From: Geopsychrobacteraceae bacterium
GTDB lineage: Bacteria; Desulfobacterota; Desulfuromonadia; Desulfuromonadales; Geopsychrobacteraceae
Length of the DNA: 64,000 bases
Direction: 5' to 3'
Assembly: GCA_963676795.2 (NCBI GenBank)
Contig: CAXXTB010000002.1
Location: 2,240,001 to 2,304,000, forward strand
In this document: positions 1 through 10,641 of the stretch, in pieces
How the letters are laid out: each line of letters starts with the position of its first letter
Position numbering within the stretch: the stretch's first letter is position 1
Made by a program: the position numbers and the translations under genes
Notes under the pieces: generated by a model
Seen by the model: only the letters and a program-made list of their open reading frames with translations
What the model was told of the DNA's origin: nothing
Databases searched by the model: none

Positions 1-362
1 GCTTCTCGTGCAGCCCTGCTGGCCTGCCTGGCCATGGCCGCGCGTTGCCGTTCCTGTTCGTCACTGACCGCGCTGCGGATCGCTTCAAGCGCCCTGGTAC
101 GTTCCTGCAACAGCTCCTGAGCAAGATCGGCCCTGGCCTGCGCCTGCTCCTGTCGCCAGTCACTCTGCCTGCTTTCATATTCCTTGCGCAAAACATCGGC
201 GGCTTCACGTTGCTGCGAGGCATCAGCTATCTCCGCCTCTATTTCATCGCGCCGCCGGGCAATAACCGCCTGGACCGGCCTGAACAAAAAGCGTTTCAGA
301 ATCCAGACCAGGACCAGGAAATTGACGATTTCAAGCAAAAATGTCGACCAGTTCAGTTCCAT
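1..362 (-). CDS. atpF: N-type F1Fo ATPase subunit b (partial, runs off the left edge)
   Basis: Not in the ORF track. I translated it by hand from the ATG at 362: MELNWSTFLLEIVNFLVLVWILKRFLFRPVQAVIARRRDEIE..., an N-terminal TM helix followed by coiled coil. Lies directly after atpE. Confidence 0.9.
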   Translation of the reverse strand, partial: MELNWSTFLLEIVNFLVLVWILKRFLFRPVQAVIARRRDEIEAEIADASQQREAADVLRKEYESRQSDWRQEQAQARADLAQELLQERTRALEAIRSAVSDEQERQRAAMARQASRAARE

Positions 363-408
363 GCCTGTCGTTCCCCGTTTCAGTGATGTCCGTCATTTTC
401 AGCACTGA

Positions 409-675
409 TCATTTCAGCAGATACTCAAGAAGCGGGTTTCTGAACAGTACGATCAGCACGATAACGAGAACATAGATCGCCAGCGATTCAATCATGGCCA
501 GACCGATAAACAGGGTTCTCATAATGGGATGTTCGGCTTCCGGCTGGCGAGCCAGAGAGTCCAGAGCACGGCTTATTGCCCAGCCCATTGCAAAGGCCGG
601 TGCCAGAGCGCCAATCGCTGTTCCAAAAATTGCAGCCACGGTTGAGGCCAGGACAATATCCGCTAATTCAGTCAT
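409..675 (-). CDS. atpE: N-type ATPase c subunit (proteolipid)
   Basis: RQPEA loop and LFIGLAMIESLAIY carboxylate helix; GAGGAGG RBS before MTELAD. Confidence 0.95.
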   Translation of the reverse strand: MTELADIVLASTVAAIFGTAIGALAPAFAMGWAISRALDSLARQPEAEHPIMRTLFIGLAMIESLAIYVLVIVLIVLFRNPLLEYLLK

Positions 676-1354
676 GACATCCTCCTCGAGATTCTGTTTT
701 TTGCTGCTGGGCCTGCATCCCTCCGGCAACATAGATCAGTGCAAGCATGCCGAAGATATAGGCCTGCACCAGTGCTTCAACGATATGCAGCATAAGGATC
801 GGGACCGGAGCCAGGAATCCGGCAACGAGCAGAATCAGCATCGCCGCCAACTCAAGGCTCATCATGTTTCCGAACAGACGGACTGCCAGCGCAACCGTCC
901 GGGTAATTTCACTGATCAGATGAAAGGGAAGCAGAATAGGACTTGGCACCAGATAGTGATGGAGGTAATTCTTGACCCCCGAGACACGGATTCCATACCA
1001 GAGAGTCGCGGCAAAAACCAACACAGCCAGCGCTGCCGTCGCCGACAGGTCCCGGGTCGGCGAATGAACGCCCGGAATCAACCCTGCCAGGTTGGCCAGG
1101 ATCAGAAAAACCCAGAGACTGCCGATAAAGGGCATGATGACTGCACCGAATTGCGGCGTAACTCCGCTGACCGCATTCTCTATCGCCTGAACACCCCCCT
1201 CGACAATCGTCTGTATACGGCCAGGGGTGACCTGCAGACGGCGAGAAATGATAAAAACCACCAGCCAGATGACCAGGATGATGCACCAACTGGTCAGCAC
1301 GGTCGTCCCTATTTCAAGCGGCCCGATCCGGTAAAAGAGTCCTTCATCGAACAT
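668..1354 (-). CDS. atpB: N-type ATPase a subunit
   Basis: Polytopic membrane protein with LAVRLFGNM (essential Arg) and VQAYIFGML. Confidence 0.95.
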   Translation of the reverse strand: MFDEGLFYRIGPLEIGTTVLTSWCIILVIWLVVFIISRRLQVTPGRIQTIVEGGVQAIENAVSGVTPQFGAVIMPFIGSLWVFLILANLAGLIPGVHSPTRDLSATAALAVLVFAATLWYGIRVSGVKNYLHHYLVPSPILLPFHLISEITRTVALAVRLFGNMMSLELAAMLILLVAGFLAPVPILMLHIVEALVQAYIFGMLALIYVAGGMQAQQQKTESRGGCHD

Positions 1355-1371
1355 AACAAGCTCCTTTAGAG

Positions 1372-1677
1372 CTATTCACGGATAAACAGATAAACATTGA
1401 TCATCCCGCAAACCACACCGATGAGAATAAAGCTGATCGTCCAGCGAATCGAATAGCCGCTACAAAGATCATCGAGCCAGCGTCCCAGGTACGCACCGGC
1501 AACCGGCGGAAGAACAAACAACAAGCCCAGGGTACCGATCGATACGGCCTGGCTCAAAAAGCTCTGGCGCCTTTTCTCGGCGGCCTCCATCCGCCGTATT
1601 TTCTTCTCAAGTTCGTCCTTCAGCCGTTGCTGACTGGCCTCAGATATCAGTTTCTGTTTTTTGTCCCGCTCTTCCAT
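1372..1677 (-). CDS. atpQ: AtpQ/AtpZ-AtpI family two-TM protein of the N-ATPase operon
   Basis: GAYLGRWLD motif, two TM helices, position between atpC and atpB. Confidence 0.85.
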   Translation of the reverse strand: MEERDKKQKLISEASQQRLKDELEKKIRRMEAAEKRRQSFLSQAVSIGTLGLLFVLPPVAGAYLGRWLDDLCSGYSIRWTISFILIGVVCGMINVYLFIRE

Positions 1678-2051
1678 AGTGACCTGAATAGTTCCTCCTC
1701 CATATGCCGGAGTGACAACTTGATCTCCTCGACCTTATCTCTTTCCTGCCCCAGGGTTAGCTGGAGCTGTTCACTCAAGCGACGATAATCATCCCCGCGC
1801 AGATAAAACCTGGTACAGAGCAACAGCAGGTTCTCGCAAAAATAGAGAATAGCACCGGGAATCGCCAGATAGCCGGTACTGCCGTCAAGCGATGTGAATC
1901 TGATCAGGCCAACGGACAGGGCTGTCATCAAGCGCTCATGTCCGGCCTGAATTCCGAACTGGCCAGACGCATCTTCGGCGACACAGGAGACGACATCGGC
2001 AACCTCCTCAATCTGTACCGCGTCTATCAGTTTCAAGACGAAGGTTCGCAT
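1647..2051 (-). CDS. atpC: N-type ATPase epsilon subunit
   Basis: AEDASGQFGIQAGH beta-sandwich motif plus C-terminal helix; follows atpD. Confidence 0.88.
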   Translation of the reverse strand: MRTFVLKLIDAVQIEEVADVVSCVAEDASGQFGIQAGHERLMTALSVGLIRFTSLDGSTGYLAIPGAILYFCENLLLLCTRFYLRGDDYRRLSEQLQLTLGQERDKVEEIKLSLRHMEEELFRSLWKSGTKNRN

Positions 2052-2054
2052 AAG

Positions 2055-3452
<1,398 letters not shown>

Positions 3453-3598
3453 TCAAAGTATAGCGCAAAATCAGACAATCCTCGGCAGGCAGAGACTCAG
3501 CACAGAATAAGCGGATCTCGGAAAACAGAAGGAATACGCGGGGAATGACCTAAATTGGTTTATTTTCGAAGGACAGAAAAAGGAAAACAAAGAAGTGA

Positions 3599-3638
3599 TT
3601 CTGCGCGAGCAGACCCGAAGAGCTCTACTCGCGCAGAA
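3599..3638 (-). terminator. Long hairpin after ychF, probable intrinsic terminator
   Basis: TTCTGCGCGAG...CTCGCGCAGAA stem followed by a T-rich run on the minus strand. Confidence 0.6.
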
Positions 3639-3650
3639 AAATCCCGGGTC

Positions 3651-4745
3651 TTAAACGTTGAAGCGGAAGTGCATGACATCGCCGTCGATAACGCGGTACT
3701 CCTTCCCTTCGAGCCGCAGCAGCCCTTTTTCCTTGGCACCCGACTCGCCACCGGCTGCGATGTAATCTTCAAAAGCGGTGACTTCAGCGCGGATAAAGCC
3801 TTTTTCAAAGTCGGTGTGAATAACACCGGCCGCCTGCGGAGCCAGAGCGCCGTCCGGAACGGTCCAGGCGCGGACCTCCTTGACCCCGGCAGTGAAGTAG
3901 GTGATCAGACCCAGCAGCTTGTAGCCGGCTCGGATCATCCGGTCAAGGCCTGACTCCTCGAGGCCGAGATCATTCAAGAATTCCGCTTTTTCATCGGCAT
4001 CAAGCTCGGAGATCTCCGCTTCGATCTTGCCGCAGATGGTGACGATCTCTGCCCCTTCGGAAGCCGCATGCTCTTTAACCATGGCAACGAAAGGGTGCGC
4101 ACCCTCCAGATCATCTTCTGCTACATTGGCAACATAGAGGACCGGTTTGATGGTGATCAGGTGCAGGTCAGCAACCAGCTTGCGCTCTTCAGCATCAAGC
4201 GCGACGGAACGAGCAGGCTTGCCTTCATTCAATGCCTTTTCGATTTTTTCCAGAACCTCGATCTCAGCCTGCAGTTTCTTGTCACCGCTTTTTGCCTGTT
4301 TTCTGCTACGGGTGATCCGCTTGTCGATACTATCCATGTCAGCCAGATTAAGTTCCGTCTGAATGACCTCAATATCCCGCAAAGGATCGACGCCGCCGTC
4401 AACGTGAACGACATTATCATCCTCAAAACAACGAACAATATGGGCAATCGCATCGACCTGACGGATGTGACCGAGGAACTGGTTCCCCAACCCCTCCCCC
4501 TTACTCGCACCACGCACCAGGCCAGCTATGTCGACAAACTCCATAGTGGTCGGCAGGATGGCCTGAGGCTTGACGATTTCCGCAAGCTGATTCATGCGGG
4601 AGTCCGGCACGGAAACGACACCGATGTTCGGTTCGATGGTACAGAACGGATAATTGGCAGACTCAGCGCCTGCCGAGGTGAGTGCGTTGAAAATGGTCGA
4701 CTTACCAACATTCGGCAGACCGACGATGCCACACTTGAAACCCAT
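3651..4745 (-). CDS. ychF: Ribosome-binding ATPase YchF
   Basis: [24 protein letters not shown]-terminal [11 protein letters not shown]. Confidence 0.98.
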   Translation of the reverse strand: MGFKCGIVGLPNVGKSTIFNALTSAGAESANYPFCTIEPNIGVVSVPDSRMNQLAEIVKPQAILPTTMEFVDIAGLVRGASKGEGLGNQFLGHIRQVDAIAHIVRCFEDDNVVHVDGGVDPLRDIEVIQTELNLADMDSIDKRITRSRKQAKSGDKKLQAEIEVLEKIEKALNEGKPARSVALDAEERKLVADLHLITIKPVLYVANVAEDDLEGAHPFVAMVKEHAASEGAEIVTICGKIEAEISELDADEKAEFLNDLGLEESGLDRMIRAGYKLLGLITYFTAGVKEVRAWTVPDGALAPQAAGVIHTDFEKGFIRAEVTAFEDYIAAGGESGAKEKGLLRLEGKEYRVIDGDVMHFRFNV

Positions 4746-4759
4746 AACTTATTCCTCTG

Positions 4760-4796
4760 AAAAACTGATAGCCGAAGCAAAAGCTCCGGCTATCAG
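4760..4796 (-). terminator. Terminator-like hairpin between hppA and ychF
   Basis: Minus strand CTGATAGCCGGAGC-TTTT-GCTTCGGCTATCAG followed by TTTTT. Confidence 0.6.
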
Positions 4797-4823
4797 AAGT
4801 TGATCTATATGCGCTTTGGCTGA

Positions 4824-6839
4824 TTAGGCAATCAGCGGAGCGATGACAAGAGAAACAACACTCATCAGCTTGATCAGGATATTCATGGCAGGGCCGGAAG
4901 TATCCTTGAAGGGGTCACCGACGGTATCGCCGATAACCGCAGCAGCATGAGCTTCGCCGCCCTTTCCTTCACCCTCAAGACGACCACCTTCGATAAACTT
5001 CTTGGCGTTGTCCCAGGCACCGCCACCATTGGACATCATCAGGGCGAGCAGAACCCCGGCCAGAGTTGCACCGGCGAGCATACCGCCAAGAGCTTCCTTA
5101 CCGAGAATGAAGCCGACCAGAACCGGAGCAATAACGGCAACAACACCCGGCAGGATCATCTCTTTCAGAGCGGCACGGGCAGAGATGTCAACACACTTCT
5201 GGGAGTCCGGCTTGACGCCTTCCTTGCCTTCGAGCAGGCCCGGAGTCTCACGGAACTGACGACGGATCTCGTCAACCATGGCACCAGCAGCACGACCGAC
5301 GCTGGTCATGGTCAAAGCGCCGATGAAGAATGGCAGCGCACCACCGATCAACAGACCGATAACAACCATCGGATTGATCAGGTTGATGTTGTTAAGACCA
5401 ACGGTTGTCGCATAGGCGGAGAACAGCGCAAGAGCGGTCAGAGCCGCGGAACCGATAGCAAAACCCTTGCCGATTGCGGCAGTGGTGTTACCGATAGCGT
5501 CAAGACCGTCGGTGATCTTACGGACATCAGGACCAAGACCGGCCATCTCGGAGATACCACCAGCGTTGTCGGCGATCGGACCGTAAGCGTCAACAGTCAT
5601 GGTGACACCCACGGTTGCCAGCATACCGACAGCAGCAATACCGATGCCATACAAGCCAGCACAGGCGTTGGCAACGAAAATACCGACACAGATAATGATG
5701 ATCGGCAGGGCTGTAGACTCAAGTCCGACGGCCAGACCAGCGATGATGTTGGTGGCAGGACCGGTCTTACTTGCTTCGGCAATACGCATAACCGGACCGT
5801 GAGCAGTGTAGTACTCGGTGATCTGACCGATCAGAACACCAGCGACAGTACCGGCCAGGATCGCCCAGAAGATACCGTTGTTGAGGTGATTGAAACGGAT
5901 ATAGATGAAAGCTACGATCAAAAAGCCGATTGCGGCAACGAAAGTTGTATAATGCAGGGCCTTGGCAGGATCAATTCCTTTAAGAACCTTCATCGATGCG
6001 ATACCGATGATGGAGAAGACCAAACCGATCATGGCCAGAGCCAGAGGCAGAATCATCGCACCGGACTGAGTAGCTTCACCGGTACCGAGCTTGGCCAGCA
6101 GTTCTGGGCCAGCAGCGGCAGCAATAGCGACAGTCGCAATGATCGAACCGACATATGATTCGAAGATGTCGGCGCCCATACCTGCGGTATCGCCAACACA
6201 GTCACCGACGTTGTCAGCAATTACACCAGGGTTACGTGGATCATCCTCAGGAATACCGGCCTCGACCTTACCGACCAGGTCAGCACCGACGTCTGCGGCC
6301 TTGGTGTAGATACCACCACCAACACGAGCGAACAGAGCTATTGAGGAAGCACCCATGGCGAAGCCGTTGATGTACTTTGCAGTTTCTGGCTCACCACCGA
6401 AGAAAATGTAAGCAACACCAACACCGACCAGGCCAAGGGAAGCAACAGCGAGACCCATAACAGCGCCACCGTTGAAGGAGACTTCAAGGGCGCGAGCCTG
6501 ACCGTGAGCGCGGGCAGCTTCAGAGGTTCTGACGTTTGCACGGGTTGCAGCCTTCATCCCAATAAAACCACAGATCATGGAACAGACAGAACCACCGAGA
6601 TAGGCGAGTGCAGTCTGAAAGCCCATGGCAACAAGAACCAGGATGAAAACGATAACGATGAAGATAGCAAGAACGCGATATTCGCGGCCAAGGAAAGCCA
6701 TTGCTCCCTTGTGAATGTCTTCGGAAATCTCACGCATGGTGTCATTTCCGACCGGTTGCGCCTTAACCACATTGTAAAGGATAAGCGCGATAACAAATCC
6801 GACTACCCCGAAAATCGGAGCCCACATTTGCAATTGCAT
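4824..6839 (-). CDS. hppA: Membrane-bound ion-translocating pyrophosphatase, K+-dependent, probably Na+-pumping
   Basis: [26 protein letters not shown] (Ala form, K+-dependent), [22 protein letters not shown]. Confidence 0.95.
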   Translation of the reverse strand: MQLQMWAPIFGVVGFVIALILYNVVKAQPVGNDTMREISEDIHKGAMAFLGREYRVLAIFIVIVFILVLVAMGFQTALAYLGGSVCSMICGFIGMKAATRANVRTSEAARAHGQARALEVSFNGGAVMGLAVASLGLVGVGVAYIFFGGEPETAKYINGFAMGASSIALFARVGGGIYTKAADVGADLVGKVEAGIPEDDPRNPGVIADNVGDCVGDTAGMGADIFESYVGSIIATVAIAAAAGPELLAKLGTGEATQSGAMILPLALAMIGLVFSIIGIASMKVLKGIDPAKALHYTTFVAAIGFLIVAFIYIRFNHLNNGIFWAILAGTVAGVLIGQITEYYTAHGPVMRIAEASKTGPATNIIAGLAVGLESTALPIIIICVGIFVANACAGLYGIGIAAVGMLATVGVTMTVDAYGPIADNAGGISEMAGLGPDVRKITDGLDAIGNTTAAIGKGFAIGSAALTALALFSAYATTVGLNNINLINPMVVIGLLIGGALPFFIGALTMTSVGRAAGAMVDEIRRQFRETPGLLEGKEGVKPDSQKCVDISARAALKEMILPGVVAVIAPVLVGFILGKEALGGMLAGATLAGVLLALMMSNGGGAWDNAKKFIEGGRLEGEGKGGEAHAAAVIGDTVGDPFKDTSGPAMNILIKLMSVVSLVIAPLIA

Positions 6840-6875
6840 CTGTTTTCTGCCTCTCTGTTCTTTTTGAGTTAAAGG

Positions 6876-7448
6876 TTAAATGTCCAGACTAAAATTATTG
6901 TATGTGTTCATCGCAGCAAGCGCCCCTTGAGACAGGACCGCGGAGACTGCATCACAAACCGCATCAAGAACATCCGGAAGACGTTTCTGCTCTTCCGAAG
7001 AAAAGCGACCAAGAACATGGTTAGTTACATCTCCATGCTCCGGACGCCCGATTCCAACACGTACACGAACAAAGTTACGGTAGCCGAGAACACCGATGAT
7101 GTCGCGCATACCGTTATGACCGCCATGACCGCCATCGATCTTGATGCGCATTCGCCCAAAGGGCAAATCAAGATCATCGAAGATGACAATCAGGTTATCG
7201 GCTGTCACCGAGTGAGAACTGACCGCAGCATTGACACTCGAACCACTGCAGTTCATAAAGGTCTGCGGTTGCAGTATCAATGTTTCCTGAGCGGCAACGC
7301 GACCAACCCCATAGATAGCCTGAAAACCTTTTTTTTTCAGACCGATATGGTTCAGTTCCGCAAGCCGTTCTGCGGCCATAAAGCCGATATTATGACGGGT
7401 CCCGGCGTATTTGACACCGGGATTCCCGAGACCAACAACAAGCTTCAC
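6876..7448 (-). CDS. pth: Peptidyl-tRNA hydrolase
   Basis: GLGNPG, TRHNIGF, GGHGGHNG. Confidence 0.97.
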   Translation of the reverse strand: MKLVVGLGNPGVKYAGTRHNIGFMAAERLAELNHIGLKKKGFQAIYGVGRVAAQETLILQPQTFMNCSGSSVNAAVSSHSVTADNLIVIFDDLDLPFGRMRIKIDGGHGGHNGMRDIIGVLGYRNFVRVRVGIGRPEHGDVTNHVLGRFSSEEQKRLPDVLDAVCDAVSAVLSQGALAAMNTYNNFSLDI

Positions 7449-7463
7449 GAAAAAACGAGGCTC

Positions 7464-8060
7464 TTACTCTTCAGTAGCTTCAGGCTCATCACCCTCAGGC
7501 ACTTCAGCTTTGTGCCCGATAACGGTGATAACGGTGAAGTTGACATCAAAAACAAGGTCAGCACCTGCTGGAGCTTTAACATCTTCGATGTGCAGGGTGT
7601 CGCCGATTTCCAGTGCGGTAACATCGATATCGATGCTGTGCGGAACTTCAGTAGGCAGACACATGACTTCCAGCTCATGACGGATCAGTTGCAGAGAGCC
7701 GCCCATCTTCTCACCAGCAGAGGTACCGACAGTGTGGACCGGGACCATGAAAGAAGATTTTTCTGTCAGGCTGACGGTATGAAAGTCAACACAAACCATG
7801 TCACGTTTGATCGGGTGATAATCGACCTCTTTCAATACAACAACTTTGCCATCCAGGGCCGGAACCCCTTTCAGGGACAACAGGGTGTTGATATCACCTT
7901 CAACAGCCTTTTCCAGTGCTTTAGGATCGACAGTGATTGTTTGCGGCTCGATATCCTTACCATAAACGACGGCCGGAACCTTACCAACTGCTCTCAGTTT
8001 ACGGGCGACACCTTTACCGGCTTTTTCTCTGACTTCAACGTTCAATTCTGCTTGGACCAT
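7464..8060 (-). CDS. rplY: 50S ribosomal protein L25 / CTC (long form)
   Basis: ARKLRAVGKVPAVVYG; position between prs and pth. Confidence 0.95.
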   Translation of the reverse strand: MVQAELNVEVREKAGKGVARKLRAVGKVPAVVYGKDIEPQTITVDPKALEKAVEGDINTLLSLKGVPALDGKVVVLKEVDYHPIKRDMVCVDFHTVSLTEKSSFMVPVHTVGTSAGEKMGGSLQLIRHELEVMCLPTEVPHSIDIDVTALEIGDTLHIEDVKAPAGADLVFDVNFTVITVIGHKAEVPEGDEPEATEE

Positions 8061-8113
8061 TTATTTATCCTCCATCTTTGAGTAATCGTTAGATCCTGTA
8101 AATCTTTAAACCT

Positions 8114-9046
8114 TTAAACAAACAATGAGCTGACAGATTCTGCGTTATGAATCCGGCGGATCGCTTCGGCCAGCAGGTTGCTGACTGTCAAGCTCTGCAG
8201 ACGATCGCATGCAGAGACTTTATCTTCTACAGGAATCGTATCTGTGACATAAACTTTACGGAGTGGACTTGCGGAAATCCGCTCCAGAGCAGGACCGGAA
8301 AGAACCCCGTGGGTCGCACATGCATAGACATCAACGGCGCCCTGTTCCATAAGTGCTGAAGCAGCAGTACACAGGGTTCCGGCGGTATCGATCATATCGT
8401 CAATGATGACACAGGTCTTATCCTTAACATCCCCGATGATATGCATAACCTCAGAGACGTTAGGACCACTGCGCCGCTTATCAATGATGGCCAACCCCGA
8501 ATCAAGGCGCTTGGCGAAAGCACGTGCGCGCTCGGTACCACCGGCATCCGGAGACACCACGACGATATCCTTAAGACTCTGACGCCGGATCTCTTCAAGC
8601 ATAACCGGTGCTGCGTAGAGATGATCAACCGGAATATCAAAGAATCCCTGAATCTGGCCAGCATGGAGATCCATGGTCAGCAGACGGTCAATACCGGCAA
8701 CCGACATCAGGTCTGCAACCAGCTTGGCGGTGATAGGCGCACGAGGGGCAACCTTGCGATCCTGACGGGCATAACCGAAATAAGGAACAACCGCGTTGAT
8801 CCGACCGGCTGAGGCACGCTTGAGAGCATCAACCATAACCAGCAGCTCCATCAGGTTATTGTTGGCCGGGGAACAGGTTGACTGAATCAGGTAAACGTCG
8901 CGGCCACGAACATTTTCCCCCAATTCAACCATCACTTCACCATCAGAAAAAGTTCTTACTTTGGCGCTTCCCAGTGGAACGGACAGGTTCTGACAAATGG
9001 CACGGGCCAGCTGTTCGTTCGAATTCCCTGCAAAAATTTTGATCAT
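8114..9046 (-). CDS. prs: Ribose-phosphate pyrophosphokinase (start uncertain; the ORF extends to 9073)
   Basis: [39 protein letters not shown]. Confidence 0.97.
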   Translation of the reverse strand: MIKIFAGNSNEQLARAICQNLSVPLGSAKVRTFSDGEVMVELGENVRGRDVYLIQSTCSPANNNLMELLVMVDALKRASAGRINAVVPYFGYARQDRKVAPRAPITAKLVADLMSVAGIDRLLTMDLHAGQIQGFFDIPVDHLYAAPVMLEEIRRQSLKDIVVVSPDAGGTERARAFAKRLDSGLAIIDKRRSGPNVSEVMHIIGDVKDKTCVIIDDMIDTAGTLCTAASALMEQGAVDVYACATHGVLSGPALERISASPLRKVYVTDTIPVEDKVSACDRLQSLTVSNLLAEAIRRIHNAESVSSLFV

Positions 9047-9086
9047 TCCCACGTGTTTGTTCACCTTTAACATCCGCTGAAAATAT

Positions 9087-9264
9087 ATTTACATAAGAGA
9101 TAGCTGGGGCGCCAGAATTCACCCACTTCGTCGTCAACCTCCTGTTGACTCCTGCGTAGGCTCCCCTTCACTCGCTGACGCGGACATCCTGTCCACTTTT
9201 CTGACATCAAGTCAGCGCTCGCTGCGCTTCGAATCCTGGAGGCAGCGTATTCTACAAATTTACA
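9087..9264 (-). repeat. tRNA-linked repeat / structured element ending in a copy of the tRNA-Gln 3' end
   Basis: 9101-9120 tagctggggcgccagaattc matches 9265-9284 tggctggggcgccaggattc at 18/20; internal hairpins at 9133-9149, 9182-9194 and 9201-9215; inverted copy of the T-arm at 9228-9239. Confidence 0.75.
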
Positions 9265-9339
9265 TGGCTGGGGCGCCAGGATTCGAACCTGGGAATGCCG
9301 GAATCAAAATCCGGTGCCTTACCGCTTGGCGACGCCCCA
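9265..9339 (-). tRNA. tRNA-Gln (anticodon TTG), CCA encoded
   Basis: TGGGGCGTCGCCAAGCGGTAAGGCACCGGATTTTGATTCCGGCATTCCCAGGTTCGAATCCTGGCGCCCCAGCCA forms a cloverleaf; usual position between ispE and prs. Confidence 0.98.
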
Positions 9340-9411
9340 TCAAGTCTGATTTATAAAATATTTGAACAAAACACAAATACCGGCTAAACCGGCGGTCATC
9401 AACACAGCCGA

Positions 9412-10266
9412 CTAGTCAAGTGGTCTGGCTGCATAGGCAAACCAGCCTTTGGTTTCTGCAATTTTACAGCCGACCTGAAAAGCACTTTCATAGTCGGAAA
9501 ACAAGCCAAATACCGTCGCGCCACTGCCGGACATCAGGCTCCCGAGAGCCCCGAATTCCAGCAACTGCTGCTTAATTTCTGCAATAACCGGAAATCTGGC
9601 AATAACCACGGGCTCCAGGTCATTGTGGAGCGAAGCACAAAGCTCCGCCCTTGTCTTCGCTGAAAACCTCGGAAGGTTAGCCAGTTCAACCCCTTTTGTC
9701 AACCGTAAACTTCGGTAGACATCCGCGGTAGAAACAGCGATCCCAGGATTCACGATTAAGCAGCTAAAGTCCTGACCAATCGTCATTTTTTCCAGATCGG
9801 TGCCCGTTCCCGTTGCCCACGCCGGCCGTTGGTAGACAAAAAAGGGAACATCAGAACCAAGTTGCGCCCCGAGCCGACAGAGCTCAGCTTTATTATAACC
9901 GAGGCGGAGCAGTTCATTGAGCCCCATAAGAACTGTCGCAGCATTTGAAGAGCCGCCACCGAGGCCTGCGGCGACAAGAATCCGCTTATCAATCCGGATC
10001 TCGACACCAATATCAAGCCCAGCCTCTGCCAACAATAACTCTGCAGCAGAACTGGCGATATTCTTTTCCTCCGCTCTCAGCCCAGGCGCATCACAGACAG
10101 TTACGACCCCACGCGTGGAATCATCGACTGCGATCATAACCTCGTCACACAGATCGATGCGCTGCATCGCCATTGCAAGCCGATGGTAGCCGCTGGCATA
10201 GCGCCCGAGGACATAGAGACAGAGATTGATTTTAGCCGGCGACAGAAATATTTTTTCAGTCTTCAT
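9412..10266 (-). CDS. ispE: 4-diphosphocytidyl-2-C-methyl-D-erythritol kinase
   Basis: SPAKINL, AAGLGGGSSNAA, GSDVPFF, MSGSG; start trimmed to MKTEK. Confidence 0.95.
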   Translation of the reverse strand: MKTEKIFLSPAKINLCLYVLGRYASGYHRLAMAMQRIDLCDEVMIAVDDSTRGVVTVCDAPGLRAEEKNIASSAAELLLAEAGLDIGVEIRIDKRILVAAGLGGGSSNAATVLMGLNELLRLGYNKAELCRLGAQLGSDVPFFVYQRPAWATGTGTDLEKMTIGQDFSCLIVNPGIAVSTADVYRSLRLTKGVELANLPRFSAKTRAELCASLHNDLEPVVIARFPVIAEIKQQLLEFGALGSLMSGSGATVFGLFSDYESAFQVGCKIAETKGWFAYAARPLD

Positions 10267-10314
10267 CACCACACGCATGCAAAAGAACCAGAAGAACACG
10301 AGCCAATGCTGTCG

Positions 10315-10342
10315 ATTATACCTCAACACACAGCCGACTCAA
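10315..10342 (-). promoter_or_regulatory. Putative sigma70 promoter for ispE
   Basis: TTGAGT-16 nt-TATAAT. Confidence 0.55.
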
Positions 10343-10466
10343 CAAAACAATCGAGCCGGAAGATCACCCATAGCGTCTCAACCGGACCGGCTGATGTTCA
10401 GTTCGCTTGCCGGCTGAATCACCCGCCACCGAAACGCCTATAAAAAGGTCCTTGATCTTTCTGCAC

Positions 10467-10497
10467 AAAAAGAAAAAGGGACCACACATGTGGTCCC
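10467..10497 (-). terminator. Intrinsic terminator of the dcw cluster
   Basis: GGGACCAC-ATGT-GTGGTCCC followed by TTTTTCTTTTT. Confidence 0.85.
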
Positions 10498-10641
10498 GTG
10501 ACGAGGGAGTCGTCGGGAGTACATAACAATATACAGAAAGCTGTACATCTGCCGGGCGGAGAACCGGCGACATCACATCCAAACGGTTCTCAAAACCGAT
10601 ACAGCATAAACAGCATAAACATTTCTTAGGTTCAATTTCGC

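Noticed and set aside
9101..9240. A second tRNA gene
   Set aside because: No D-arm or anticodon arm, no intact GTTC T-loop on the coding strand, and it ends in CTA.
9101..9284. tRNA 3'-end duplication as attL/attR of an integrated element
   Set aside because: The copies are only 164 bp apart, with no integrase or cargo. A scar cannot be fully excluded, but no element is present.
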